A DNA stretch of 64,000 nt, taken from assembly GCF_009914755.1 (NCBI RefSeq), contig NC_060944.1, one strand, 5' to 3'. This document shows, piece after piece, positions 13,124 through 25,330 of the stretch (its first letter is position 1; every line of letters begins with the position of its first letter). Source of the stretch: the human T2T-CHM13v2.0 reference genome, Homo sapiens. The translations under genes and the position numbers were made by a program. The notes under the pieces were generated by a model. That model had not been told where the DNA came from and searched no databases. It saw only the letters and a program-made list of their open reading frames with translations.

Positions 13124-13849
13124 TGTACATTAATATGTTTTATAAATTTATATTGTGAATAATTTAAAGAAAGAAAAAAATAAGGCTGGAGAATGAAGAA
13201 GACTCTTACCTAAAACATAACAAAATAGGAAACAGTGCTCAGGAAACAGTGAGAGTTTTTGAGATGCTATACCTGAAAGGCAAAAATTGGAATTTTATTC
13301 TCACAGATAAAATAATTATGACAATTACTAAGCAGCACAGAAGAACATGTATAGCCTCTGTTAAATGAAATAGCATTTTATAAAATCGTATATACACTAT
13401 TTTAGCAACCACTTAAAATTATGCATATCTATGAACCATTATGGGAAAAAAGATTTTTTGAAATTTGATTAATTAGGAAGGATAAATCAGGACAGTATTT
13501 GTTTTCCTTTCTTTTCATTTTCATTGCCCTTGTTAGTGAAGTGGTCATAAACTTAACCCAGTTTCAACCGGGAGCTGAAACAAGGGTGTGACAAGGACTG
13601 AAACAGGGATGGATGCATGGAATTGAGGAAGCGGGCAGAATCAATATGCAAAAGGCAGGGCATCCATTCAGGGCTGCAGAGGGGAGGTCAAGGAGGGATG
13701 ATGAAAGAACATCAAGCTGTGTGGCCATGGCAAAATGATTTCTGATTCCGTGGAGGTATATAAGCAAGATAGCAGCAAGACAGTTTAGATATTTACATTA
13801 GTTTGAAACTAAGTAACATTAAGTATACTTTTCTCTGAAAAAATTTCCA

Positions 13850-14260
13850 TAAGATCTGTATTATTTCTTTTTTAAAATTTGGAAGAATTCACTTGTGAAA
13901 CGGTGTGGATCTGGGGTGTTTTTTTATAGATGGGTTTCTAAAAATGAATACAATTTTTTTAAAAGATAAAACACTCCTCAATTTGTTAATTTCTTCTTGT
14001 TTCAGCTTTTAAACATTAACATTTCTCAATAAATCTGCCCATTTCATCTAAATTGTCAAACATATGGGTAAAAGTTGTTTATAATAGCTGCTTGTCTTTT
14101 AAATGTCTGTAGTCACATCTTTCTTTGTTGTTTTGACATTGGATTTGTTTACTCTCTTCTTTACTTTTGGCCACTATTCCTAGGAATTTATCAATTTTAT
14201 TAATCTACTAAAGAGCCAACTTTTGGCTTTGTTCATTTTCTTAGATTGTATTTTTAAAAA
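13850..14260 (-). mobile_element. Old L1M ORF2 fragment
   Basis: tttggaagaattcacttgtgaaac, atttcatctaaattgtcaa, aagagccaacttttggctttgtt. Confidence 0.7.
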
Positions 14261-14589
14261 CTTCCATTTCCTCAGCATCTTCCCTCACATAGCCATGCTA
14301 TCTGTCTTTGCTAGATTGTGGCAAGCAGGAAGGGGAAAAAATGCTTCAGGTGAAGAACCAGGAGATAAAGGTCACAATTCAGGGAAAGTCACCATCCCCC
14401 ACCCTTTCCCTCAACACAAACCCTCTTTCCCTGGAGTACAGGCAACAGAACAATTACATTTTAGATATATCTATATTAGAAAGATATGATCTACTTAACA
14501 ATGAGCCTGGTTAAATTATGAAACTTATACTGTTTCTCAGATTTTCCCCTTTTTTTGCTGCTAAAGATTTAGATCAATGTTGCCAAACT

Positions 14590-14728
14590 TTTCTTTTCTT
14601 TTTTTTCTAAAATATACAGAGTCTTCCATTGTTTACCAGGCTGGTCTTGAACTTCTGGGGTCAAGCAATCATCCAGCCTTGGGATCCCAAAATGTTCAGA
14701 TTACGGGAGTGAATCACCATGCCTGGCC
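14590..14728 (-). mobile_element. FLAM (Alu left monomer)
   Basis: Single monomer ending catgcctggcc, with T-rich tail. Confidence 0.85.
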
Positions 14729-15350
14729 TCCAAACATTTTAAAACTTTCCTTTTTGCAAAGGAGAGTGTGTGGAAGACAGAGGCAATCAAAGCAGCTCCT
14801 CACGGGTTCCAGTGGTCTTTGAAGTTTCATTGGAGAGTTTCATTACTGAGGTGGTCAAGAGTATGGGCCCTTAGCTTGATCTACCACTTACAAAGTGTGT
14901 GGGCCTGGAGGGCAGTGCATACTTACATTTCAGAATTGAAGACGAGGATAATATTACTGGGTCAAAATTCTTCAGTTTTAGTCCAGACCATTTGGGTGTT
15001 CCAGAGACCAACTATCTCCCCTTTTCAGAGACAATGCTGTCATTCTTTTACATGAGGCTTACTCTTGGCACAGGCTAAGACATTTAAATTGGTTCAGGGC
15101 TCTCAGATCCCTTATTTATAATCCCAATCTGATCTCCTGATGTGTGGGTGACCAGGCATCATTTCAAGTCTGATTTGAAAATGTCGCCTGTTTCAAAGAT
15201 CACAAAACAGTTGAGATATTGCTACTTAATAAATCCTTTATTTTGCATGGAATATTTGATCCATAAAATCCCATTTACAAATACCTTTAAGGCAACATTT
15301 CTCCAAGCTGGTATTAAGAAGCAAGAACACTGTGAGATGTTTCAGTGAAA

Positions 15351-15398
15351 AACACACACACACACACACGCACAAACACACACAACAACAACAACAAA
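15351..15398. repeat. (CA)n/(CAA)n microsatellite
   Basis: Direct inspection. Confidence 0.9.
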
Positions 15399-15427
15399 AT
15401 AATTATTTCACAGTCAGATATGTTTCT

Positions 15428-16380
15428 TTTTTTTTTAAGCCCAATCTTTTTTTCTATAAGTTATTGGGGAACAGCTGGTGTTTGGTTACATGAGACAGTT
15501 CTTTAGTGGTGATTTGTGAGATTTTGGTGCACCTATCAGCCGAGGAGTATACACTGCACCCTATTTGTAGTCTTTTATCCCTTGCCCGCCTCCCATCCTT
15601 TTCCCCAAGTCCTCAAAGTCCATTGTATCATTCTTATGCCTTTGTGTCCTCATAGCTTAGCTCCCACGTATGAGTGAGAACATATGATGTTTGGTTTTCC
15701 ATTCCTGAGTTACTTCACTTAGAATAATAGTCTCCAATCTCACACAGGTCACTGCAAATGTCGTTAATTCATTCCTTTTTATGGCTGAGTAGATCCCATC
15801 ATATATATATATATATATACCACGGTTTCTTTATTCACTCATTGATTGATGGGCACTTGGATTGGTTCCACGATTTTGCAATTGCAAATTGACTGACCTT
15901 CAACAAAGCAAACAAAAACATAAAGTGGGGAAAGGGCACCCTTTTCAAAAAATGGTGCTGGGATAATTGGCTAGCCACATGTAAGAGAATGAAACTGGAT
16001 CCTCATCTCTCACCTTATGCAAAAATCAACTCAAGATGAATTAAGGACTTAAATCTAAGACTGGAAACTATAAAAATTCTGGAAGATAACTTTGGAAAAA
16101 CCCTTCTAGACATTGGCTTAGGCAAGGATTTCATGACCAAGGACCCAAAAGCAAATGCAACAAAAACAAAGATAAATAGTTGGGACTTAATTAAACTAAA
16201 GAGCTTTTGCACAGCAAAAGGAACAGTCAGCAGAGTAAACAGACAAACCACAAAGTGGGAGAAAATCTTCACACTATACATCTGACAAAGGAGCAATATC
16301 CAGAATCTACAACGAACTCAAACGTATCAGTAACAACAACAAAAAAACAAACAATCCCAACAAAAAGTGGGCTAAGGACA
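15428..16380 (-). mobile_element. L1PB, 5'-truncated and inverted (twin priming)
   Basis: Minus-strand 3'UTR 15428-~15892, plus-strand ORF2 segment ~15893-16380; TSD cacagtcagatatgtttct at 15409-15427 and 16379-16397. Confidence 0.92.
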
Positions 16381-16489
16381 CAGTCAGATATGTTTCTGAA
16401 ACATTGAGTTCTCAGCATCCACCTTAGAGAGCCTCATTGAACTTTAGTTTATTTATCTCTGAAGAATTGTACAGAAAAACTAACAATAT

Positions 16490-16920
16490 GGTATCTGAGT
16501 CTGGGTTCTCCTAGTGCAGACCCAGAAATAAGGTTGTACTTGTAAGTAGTTATTTGGGAAGTGATGCTGGGAAGCACTGCTAGGGAGAAGGGAAGTAAGA
16601 CAGAGGGGCCAGCAGCCAGTAGAACACATATGGTTAAACAGGTTACTGCTGAGGAATTCAGTCCGGCCAGGGACTTCTGAGAGATGGTGGAGACCACATC
16701 ACAGTGGTGAGAAAGGCAGAGTGGTAACCTGCCCTCCAATCCATCATCCACTGAGGGAGGCTCCTGCAGCATTCACCCCAGGCTGCTCCAGCCTGACTTG
16801 GGCACACTGAGAGAAAGCCCTCAGGCAGTGGGTTTTAGGGCTCTGCAATGGGAGGCGGCCAGCATGTAATGGACAGATAGGTGCTTTGGGGATGTGGGTG
16901 GACACTCTCAACTCTGCTAC
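16490..16920 (-). mobile_element. Ancient ERVL solo LTR (LTR16/41/67 group)
   Basis: gggttctcctagtgcagacccagaaataagg...aagtagttatttgggaagtgatgctgggaagcac. Confidence 0.6.
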
Positions 16921-17165
16921 ATTCAGGATTTCTCAAGTTTGACTACACAATGTCCTTTTCCTGTCTCTCCCCTGTGGATATTCCCTCACCTTTTGATAAG
17001 AGCTATCAACATTCCATGGACCCAATGTTTTGTTCCATGTCCTTGGGATCACTATAGTTTTAGGTTATGCTTTTTCTTACCCAGATCAACATCATAACCA
17101 GGAAATGAGGGGTCCATAAGATTTGCTTTTATAAAAGAATGTCTAACCCAAAAGTAGAAACATCT

Positions 17166-18787
17166 TTTTTTTTTTTTAAATTTTATTTGAGTTTTAGAGC
17201 TACAGGTGCAGGTTTGGTATATAAATTGTTTGTTGTGGGGGTTTGCTGTACATATTCTTTTGTTACTCAGGTAATAAGCACAGTGCTGGATACATGGTTT
17301 TTAGATCCTCACCCTTCTCTCCAACTCCCAAGTAGGCCTCAGTGTCTATTATTCCTTTCTTTGAGTCCATGTGTATTCAATGTTTAGTTCCCACTTATAA
17401 GTGAGCACATGTGGTGTTTGGTTTTCTGTTCCTGAATTAGTTCATTTAGGATAATGGCCTCCAGCTCCATCCATGTTGCTGCAAAGGACGCTATTTTCTT
17501 CTGTTTTTATGGCAGCTTACTGTTCCATGGTGTATATGTGCCACATTTTTTTAAACCAGGCTAGCACTGATGGGACTCTAGGTTGATTCCACATCTTTTC
17601 TATTGGGAATAGTGTTGTGACGAACATACGCATGCATGTGTCTTTATGGTAGAACGATTTATGTTCCTTTGGGTGGATACCCAGTAATGAGACGGCTAGG
17701 TAGAGTGATAGTTTGGTTTTGCGTTCTTTGAGAAATCAACAAACTGCTTCCCACAGTGGCTGAACTAATTTTCATTCCCACCAATAGTGCATAAACATTC
17801 TCTTTTCTCCACAACCTCACCAGCATCTTTTATTTAAAAAATTTTTAACAATAGCCATTCTAACTGATGTGAGATGCTATCTCACTGTGGTTTTGACTTG
17901 CATTTCTCTAATAATTAGTGGTGTTGAGCATGTTTTCATATGCTTGTTGGCTATATGTATGTCTTCTTTTAGAAAGAAGAAACCTGTCTGCTCACGTCCT
18001 TTGCCCACTTTTTAATGGTGTTGTTTCTTTTTTTGTTTGTTAATTTGTTTAAGTTCTTTATAGATGCTGGATATTAGACCTTTGTCAGATGCATAGTTTG
18101 CAAATGCTTTCTCCCATTCTGTGTGTTGTCTACTTACTTAATAGTTTATTTTGCTGTGCAGAAACTCTTTAGTTTAATTAGGTCACATTTGTCAATTTTT
18201 GGTTTTTGTTGCAACTGCTTTTGGCATCTTTATCATAAAGTCTTTGCTAGGGTCTATGTCTAGAATGGTATTTCCTTGGTTTTCTTCAAGGGTTTCTTTT
18301 TAGTTTTAGGTTTTACATTTAAGTCTTTAATCTATCTTGAGTTGATTTTTGTATATGGTGTAAGGAAGGGGTCCTGTTTCAATCTTCTGCATATGGCTAA
18401 CCAGTTATCCCACCACCATTTATTGAATAAGGAATCCCTTCACCATTGCTTGTTTTTGTTAGCTTTGTCAAAGATCAGATAGTTGTAGGTGTGCGGCTTT
18501 ATTCCTAGGCTCTCTATTCTGTTTCATTGGTTGATGTACCTATTTTTGCACTAGAGCCATGCTCTTTTGGTTATTATGGCCTTGTAGTATAGTTTGAAGT
18601 CAGATAATGTGATGCCTCTAGCTTTGCTCTTTTTGCTTACGATTGTTTTAGCTATTCAGGCTTTTTTTGGTTCCATATGGACTTTAGGATAGCTTTTTCT
18701 AATTCTGTGAAGAGCATCACTGGTAGTTTGATAGGAATAGCATTGAGTCTGAACAATGCTTTGGGCAGTATGGCCATTTTAACAATA
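17166..18787 (-). mobile_element. L1PA15/16-like 3' 1.6 kb
   Basis: PolyT, L1PA 3'UTR and ORF2 end; degenerate TSD caaaagtagaaacatct / caaaagaacaaacttct. Confidence 0.9.
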
Positions 18788-18939
18788 CAAAAGAACAAAC
18801 TTCTACCTCTGTTTGCCATCTCCACTGCTCAGCCCCACATGCAAATATATCCCTTGCAGAATGTCTTATGCCACTGCCTGCTCCACTTACTCTGGTCATG
18901 TAATCACCTACATCCAAACTCAGTGGGTAAAACATGGCA

Positions 18940-19410
18940 CCTATTCAACTTACAGAGCCTGTAAGTTGGCTTAGACAGAGCACAGTGGAGTTGTCTGGTT
19001 TCTGCTCTGCAATGTCACGGCCTCACATGGAAGATGCCAGGATGGGCTGGACTCATCTGTTCCTCCCTCACATGGCTAGGACTAGCACTGGGGAGATTCA
19101 CACAGAGAGGAGCTGGAACACTGGGGGCTCCCTGGGCGTGTGTATCTGTAGATGGCCTCTCAGCATGGCAGCCTCAAGGTAGGGAGGCTTCTTCCCTGAA
19201 GGCTCAGGGCTCCCAAGGTGGGGGTCTCAAGGGAGAGCAGGTGGAAACATCAACTTTTATGACCTAACGTCAGGAGCCATGCATCATCACTTCTGCACAT
19301 CTATCCATCAGGATAGTTACACAGGTGTGCCCAGGTGTAGAGGGAGGAAATACAGGCCCCACCTCTCGTGAAGAAGTGGCGTTGCATTGAAAGGGCAGTG
19401 TGTGGAACAA
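18940..19410 (-). mobile_element. MLT1-type MaLR solo LTR (old)
   Basis: tggcctctcagcatggcagcctcaaggtag, catcacttctgcacat motifs; ends approximate. Confidence 0.55.
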
Positions 19411-20519
19411 AAGAGGTAAGAAGGCAGCTGTTTTCTGAAAAATGCAGCCCCCAACCCTGCCTAGGAATCTCAACAGGAGATGAATGAGGTGCACCTCTCT
19501 AGAGTCTGGGGAAACTGCTCCCACTTCCCGGTCCCCAAGCCATGTTGGACTCTGCAACACAGAAAGAACGACCATCCTCCTCTTTTTTCCGCAGGGCCTG
19601 GACATGCCTTCTTTTTTGTTCCCTTTTCGGCACCTGGCATCATGCTGCACACAGCAGGAGTGAAGGACTATGTTTGAGTGAATGAGTGCATTGCCTCCTG
19701 CTTCATTTTAGCATCTCTCGTTAGGAGAAAAGGGCAGAGGAAACAGCACAAATGCCAAGCTTCGTGGAATTCAGTGGGAGAGCCGATGCATCGGCCTTCC
19801 CTCGGTGCCTGTCGCAGTGCTGGGGCTCCACGGCCTCCCTTGCTCTGCTCCTCGTGACATCCATGGAACAGGCACTCGAACCCTCCCCCTCCTCTTACAT
19901 GTGGAGGGGACTCATATCCAGAGATTCTGACTGCGATTCCCAAAGCACACAAGCACGAGGAGGAAGGGAACCCAAGTTTGCCTGATAGAAGAGTCCAGGC
20001 TTTCTTTCTGGAGCCCATTTTCCTTTAGAAGGAGGAAGTAGACCTCCAGGAGCTCTATTTCAAAGCCCTCCCCTCTGATCTCCTTCAGATGGATGGCACC
20101 GAGCCGGGGAGGAGCTGTTTCGGCTCCCTCCGCTCCCAAGCTGGCTTACAACTCCTGCTCTGTGAGGCTGACTCCTCCCCTTTCTCCACATGCCGCTGTA
20201 TATTGGAGTCTTCACCGCTCAGTTCAACATTCAGGAACCTCACTTCATTTTAATATGTTTTGCTCTGACAGAAAATTCATTTCCCTGGAGCTGAAGCTGC
20301 TCCCCCTGCCAAGAGCTGAACTGGCTGGTGCCAGTCCCGGGGTTCTGGCTGTGCCAAGTTCAAGGATGAAGGGTAGGTCCCTTCTCCTGCCATTTACCTT
20401 CCCAGATTCTTTCACAAGTTGGGTTGGAACCAGGAACTGGAAGTCCAGGAGGGTGTTTTGTTTCTCTCATTGAGGTTTTCTAGTGAGTACCACCCCGAAC
20501 CCCACATGCGAAGAGGGAC

Positions 20520-20745
20520 CTAAATGACTCACCCTGCAGGGGTGGAGCAGGGGCCTCCGCAGTCCCGAGTCTAACCTCCACCAGGGCAACCTGAGCCTGC
20601 AGCCTGATCTCCACCCCTCATGGAAACAGCCTGGCTGCAAAGATTTTACTGCCCGAGGGACACGGGGAAAAGGCCACCCCTCTGCCGCATATGAGTCACT
20701 GGTCTATAAACAGCTGCTGGGCGCCTGAATGCCCCTCACACTTTG
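20520..20745 (+). promoter_or_regulatory. Candidate TATA/Inr promoter with two AP-1 sites
   Basis: TGACTCA 20525-20531; TGAGTCA 20692-20698; CCACCCC boxes; TATAAA 20705-20710; Inr-like TCACACT with its A at 20738; locally retained CpGs. Confidence 0.5.
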
Positions 20746-23395
20746 TTTGCCAGCCCGAAAGCCTCATATTTCCCTGCAACGAACTGCTACTTTTTTAGGA
20801 TTGTAGGAGTTTTACAAGCTTTAAGAAGTTTATAGTGTCAGATTAAGTAAGATCCAGCGCTAAGAATTCGATTTCATGTTTTCAAGAGAATTCATACACG
20901 CGGCTCATAAATTCTGGAACAAGATCCCTACAGACTCCAGCATAACTGATCTAGGAGAAACTCTCTATGAAACCTTTCTCTTTGGTGAGTTATGGAAAAT
21001 ATTTGCTGCCTACAGCCTGGGGTGATGGCAAACATTCTTGTGCAGGCCTGGTGTCGGGGTGCACAGTGATGTGGCACAGCTGTGACCATGCCGGTTGGTC
21101 TCGAGCTTGCGGCCTGTCACAGGGTGTTTACCTGAGAATGAATCTGAGAGGCCACAGGGCTGGAACTGTGTCTCGCGGGCGGAGGAAAATGTGCACAGCT
21201 ATTTTAAAGCCGAGGGCTGTACATCTTGTTCACGGCCTGCTGTTCACAAGGACAAACAGGGCTCACCTAAGGAGAGGGACAGTCTTTAAACAAACCTCGT
21301 TACACTTCAAGAGTCGCTTTCAAATTGGAAAGAAAGGGGGACAAAAGGGTCTTACATGCGTCTATGATGGATGAGACACACAGGCACAGAAGCAGCGGCA
21401 GACTCACATTCTCCTTGCTGCTGGGGAGCCTGAGAGACAGCCTGGTGGGGATATGCATGTGTACATGCTCATACAGATCAGCCTTGCACACAGATATGCA
21501 CACATGCACACAGACGGACACACAGCCACACATACCTTTACACGCACAGATGCATACAAACCTACACACACACGCACATGCTCACACACAAATACACATG
21601 CACACAGATAGGCACACATCCACACACCTATACACGCGTAGATACACAAATCCACACACATGCACATGCTCATGCACAGATATACACACAGATAGACACA
21701 CATCCACACACACCCATACACACATAAATACACAAATCCACACACACGCACATGCTCACACACAGATATACACACATGCACACAGATAGACACACACTCA
21801 CAAACATACACACAGAGGTATATACACATCTGCGCACATGCACATGATCACATACAAATATACACACAAATTAACACAAACATATATACATGTGCAAACA
21901 CAGAGATATACACAGTCACACATGCACACACGTGCACACATCTAGACACATGCAGATATGTGTACACATTCACACATATAGACACACACACAAATTCACA
22001 CACGTCCACATTCACTCACAGATATACACATACATTTACACATATATACATTTCCAAACACAGATATATATACATTCATACATGCACACACATGCACATA
22101 TATGCACACCGATATGCACACACATATACATACATATACAACATGTGCACTCACACAGATATTCACACAAACTCACACACATTCATAGACATACATTCAC
22201 ACACACTTGCATACAAATCTAAAAACAGACAAGTATAAACGTGTTCAATACACGGAGATGCTCAAGCATATACACACTCTCACTCATGCACACTCACATG
22301 CACACACACTCATCAGCACTGCACATGCATGCTCACCTCAGAGACCAACACGCACTCCCACATAAACTATCACACATGCACATACAGTCTCACACTACCT
22401 CATACACATCCCCACACCCACATAGACGTTTGTAAGCACATTTCTTTACATACAGGCCCTCACACACGTTCTCACTGATGGACTCACACACTCCCTTACA
22501 CACTCATACACATACAACTTGCACTGAAACACACGAATGCCGTGTCTCTGGTTCTTCTGAACATTTTTAGAAAGTGTTGTTGTCCCCAGCTCTGGGAACA
22601 CCCTCCCTTTGGAGGCCCGCGTGGGCCCAGTTGCCCTAGTGTGCCCATCCACGCGCGAAGGAGTTTAGGTCGAAAGGTTTCTGCTACTTTCTCCCTCCTG
22701 TGTCCTCCAAAAGGAAGACGGTGACTACTATGGTGGTTTTGAGGCCACCTGGGGAGCTGCAGATAGATTCTCCTTGGTGGGTTGAATCTTCATGGCCAGG
22801 TTCATTGACTCTGAGAAGTTAATGAGCAATTTGCATTTTCCTGTTTGATTACCTGTATTTTGTCAGCTGAAGTTTATTTTATGCAAATGGGTCACCTCTC
22901 TGCACCCTTCCATTCTTCCCAGGTGTTTTCATGTGCTGCCTACGATGAGGTAGATGAAAGAATTTTTTGAGTGGGTCACTGGATTTTCTTCTACCTCGAG
23001 TTGCCTTGAAAAACGCAACTCTAGTAAATGTCAGTTTGACTGCAGGAGGCTGTGGCTCAGCTGTGTTTCGATATTGTTTTGGATATAGATGGCGAGTCAG
23101 GGCACTTTCCCTGTATTATCCAAATACTTGTGTATTTTTACACGTTTAAATTATTTAAGCATTTAAATTATAATTTTATTAACACATAAAGGAGTAAATT
23201 TCTCTTTAAACCAACTAAATAGTTTTGATATTATCATAATTCCTTTCAGTTTCTTATACCTATAACCATAAGTAAGCTAAATGGAGTTTTATAATTTATA
23301 TTAAAGTTCTTATCTGAATCCCTGGGTTCTAACCCTTATTCTTCAGAATGATCAGATATCCTTCCATGTAAATAAATGTTGATGTTTTTGGATCA
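20738..23395 (+). ncRNA. Putative spliced transcript (exon 1 ~20738-20984; exon 2 from 22923, AATAAA at 23371)
   Basis: Donor TTG|GTGAGT at 20985; strong acceptor ctctctgcacccttccattcttcccAG at 22922; predicted from signals only. Confidence 0.35.
21460..22530. repeat. ~1.07-kb degenerate CA/TA-rich low-complexity repeat with a ~86-92-bp higher-order period in its first half
   Basis: Anchor acatg(c/a)tca recurs at 21463, 21576, 21664, 21750, 21842. Confidence 0.9.
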
Positions 23396-23444
23396 GCTGG
23401 TAAAACAGAAAAACAGGAAGGGACAGGCCTGCACAAGAAGCATC

Positions 23445-23940
23445 ATCTTTTTTGTTGTATGTTAAAATACATAATAAAATTTACTATCGTAACAATTTTA
23501 AATGTACAGTTCAGTGACATCAAGTACGTTCACATTGTTATGCAACCAGCACCACCATTCATTTCTAGAACTTTTTCATCTCGCAAAACCAAAACTCTGT
23601 AACCATTAGACAACAACTCCTCACTTCCCCTCCCACTATGTCTAGCACCCACCCTTCTACTCTCTGTCTCTATGAATTTGACCACTCTAGGTATACCTCA
23701 AGTAAGTTGGATCATACAGTATTTGTTCTTTTGTGACTGGCTTACATCACTTAGTCTAATGTTCTCAATGTTCATCTGTATTGTAACATGTGAGAACTTC
23801 CCTCCTTTTTGAGGCTGTATAATATTCCATTGTGTGGAGATAACTACATTTGCATATCCATTCATCCATTGATTGATAAACACTTGAGTTGCTTTCATCT
23901 TTTGGGTATTGTGAGTAATCCTTCTGTGAACATTGGTGTT
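23445..23940 (-). mobile_element. L1MB 3' end
   Basis: tgtacagttcagtgacatcaagtacgttcacattgttatgcaacc. Confidence 0.85.
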
Positions 23941-24194
23941 AACAGACTGTTTTTTGTTTTTTTTTTTGAAGACCTGACACTGTAGATTTCTTTTTCTAAA
24001 AAATTATTATTTTCTTTAGAGACTGATGAAGGTTGGAGCTGACACATGGGTTTTCAAGAAGCTCTCCCCTCCCCATGATTCTAATGGGCAGCCAATATTG
24101 TCATCCACTAGGTGAGAGGAAACCCAGATCTCCTTTGGGAGCAATGTCCCCTACACCTGTGAAGAGAGGTGGGGAAGGGTCCTTGCCATAGTTC

Positions 24195-24475
24195 ATAAGT
24201 CTGGTTTTCTCTTTACATCTATGAGCTCAATTTTTAGTTTCCACATTTAAGTGAGAACATGCAGTATGTGTCTGTCTATGCCTGGCTTACTTCACTTAGC
24301 ATAATGTTCTCCAGGATCCTTTATGTTGCTGCAAAAGACAGGATTTCATTCTTTTTATGGCTGAATAGTATTCCACTGTGTACATATACCACATTTTCTT
24401 TATCCATTCGTCTGTGGATGGATATTTAATATTTAGGTTGATTCCATATCTTAGCTATTGTGAATAGTGCTTCTG
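24195..24475 (-). mobile_element. L1MA 3'UTR fragment
   Basis: tccacatttaagtgagaacatgcagtat...cttcacttagcataatg. Confidence 0.85.
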
Positions 24476-25139
24476 TTATTTTTAAAAAGAAATAGACAAC
24501 AGCTAGATCATAAAACTTCATTTAGCCTAAATGCATTAGCCCCGATTCCCAGGGGCAAGCATGTCAGTTCCTCCTTAGTTGCTCCAGGGCCTTTTTTTAA
24601 GCACCGGCATTATGGGTCCATCTGTGATCAGTAGAGTGTGTGGTAATATCACAACTCAGAGCCCACAAATTCAGACCAGGAGTGCTCTGTTCCCCTGGCC
24701 GATGCTTCCCTTTTTTGTCCTCCCCACAGGAGTAGTATGGACGGCCCACAAGTGTGGAGGCCAGTTCTGGAGTTTATACCCATCCACTGGGATGAGAAAT
24801 GAGGGCTTGGAGCTGTAACTAAAAAAATTTTTTTCTCACCCCTGTCTGAAGCTTTACTTTTCATATCTGGACACTGGCAGCTAAATGACAATTAGAAAAC
24901 AAATGGAAACCAATTCCAACAAGAAAAGACCACCTGAGGGATACTTAGAGTCTTTCTTGGTTGAGTTTTCTCAGGACTCATTGGCTTAGAACCATATCTG
25001 GAAATGGTTGCAGAGACGAGAAGGGATGTGTGGCGATAAGAGGGTGTATTGGAAAGGGGAGTTGGGTGACATCTTCCAGAACTTTCCAGCTTGCTTTCTT
25101 TAAAACCACTCAAGGACTAACCACAGCAAGTATACAACG

Positions 25140-25330
25140 GCAGTAATAGATGATTATATTTTGTTGATTTCTACCATTGCCTTGTACTGTGCTTTATTTT
25201 CATTATCAAGTTTACTGTGTGGATGAATAAAGCAAGACAAGCAATTGTGTCTCTATTTACCAGTGAGGAAAATGAGGCTCAGAAGGGCTAACTCACTCGC
25301 CCAAGGCAACACATTAGAAACCGACCTGAG
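25140..25330 (-). mobile_element. MIR
   Basis: gtgaggaaaatgaggctcagaagggctaactcactcgcccaagg core. Confidence 0.7.

Noticed and set aside
21300-22435. His/Thr-rich and Cys/Val-rich ORFs
   Set aside because: Translations of the CA-rich low-complexity repeat.
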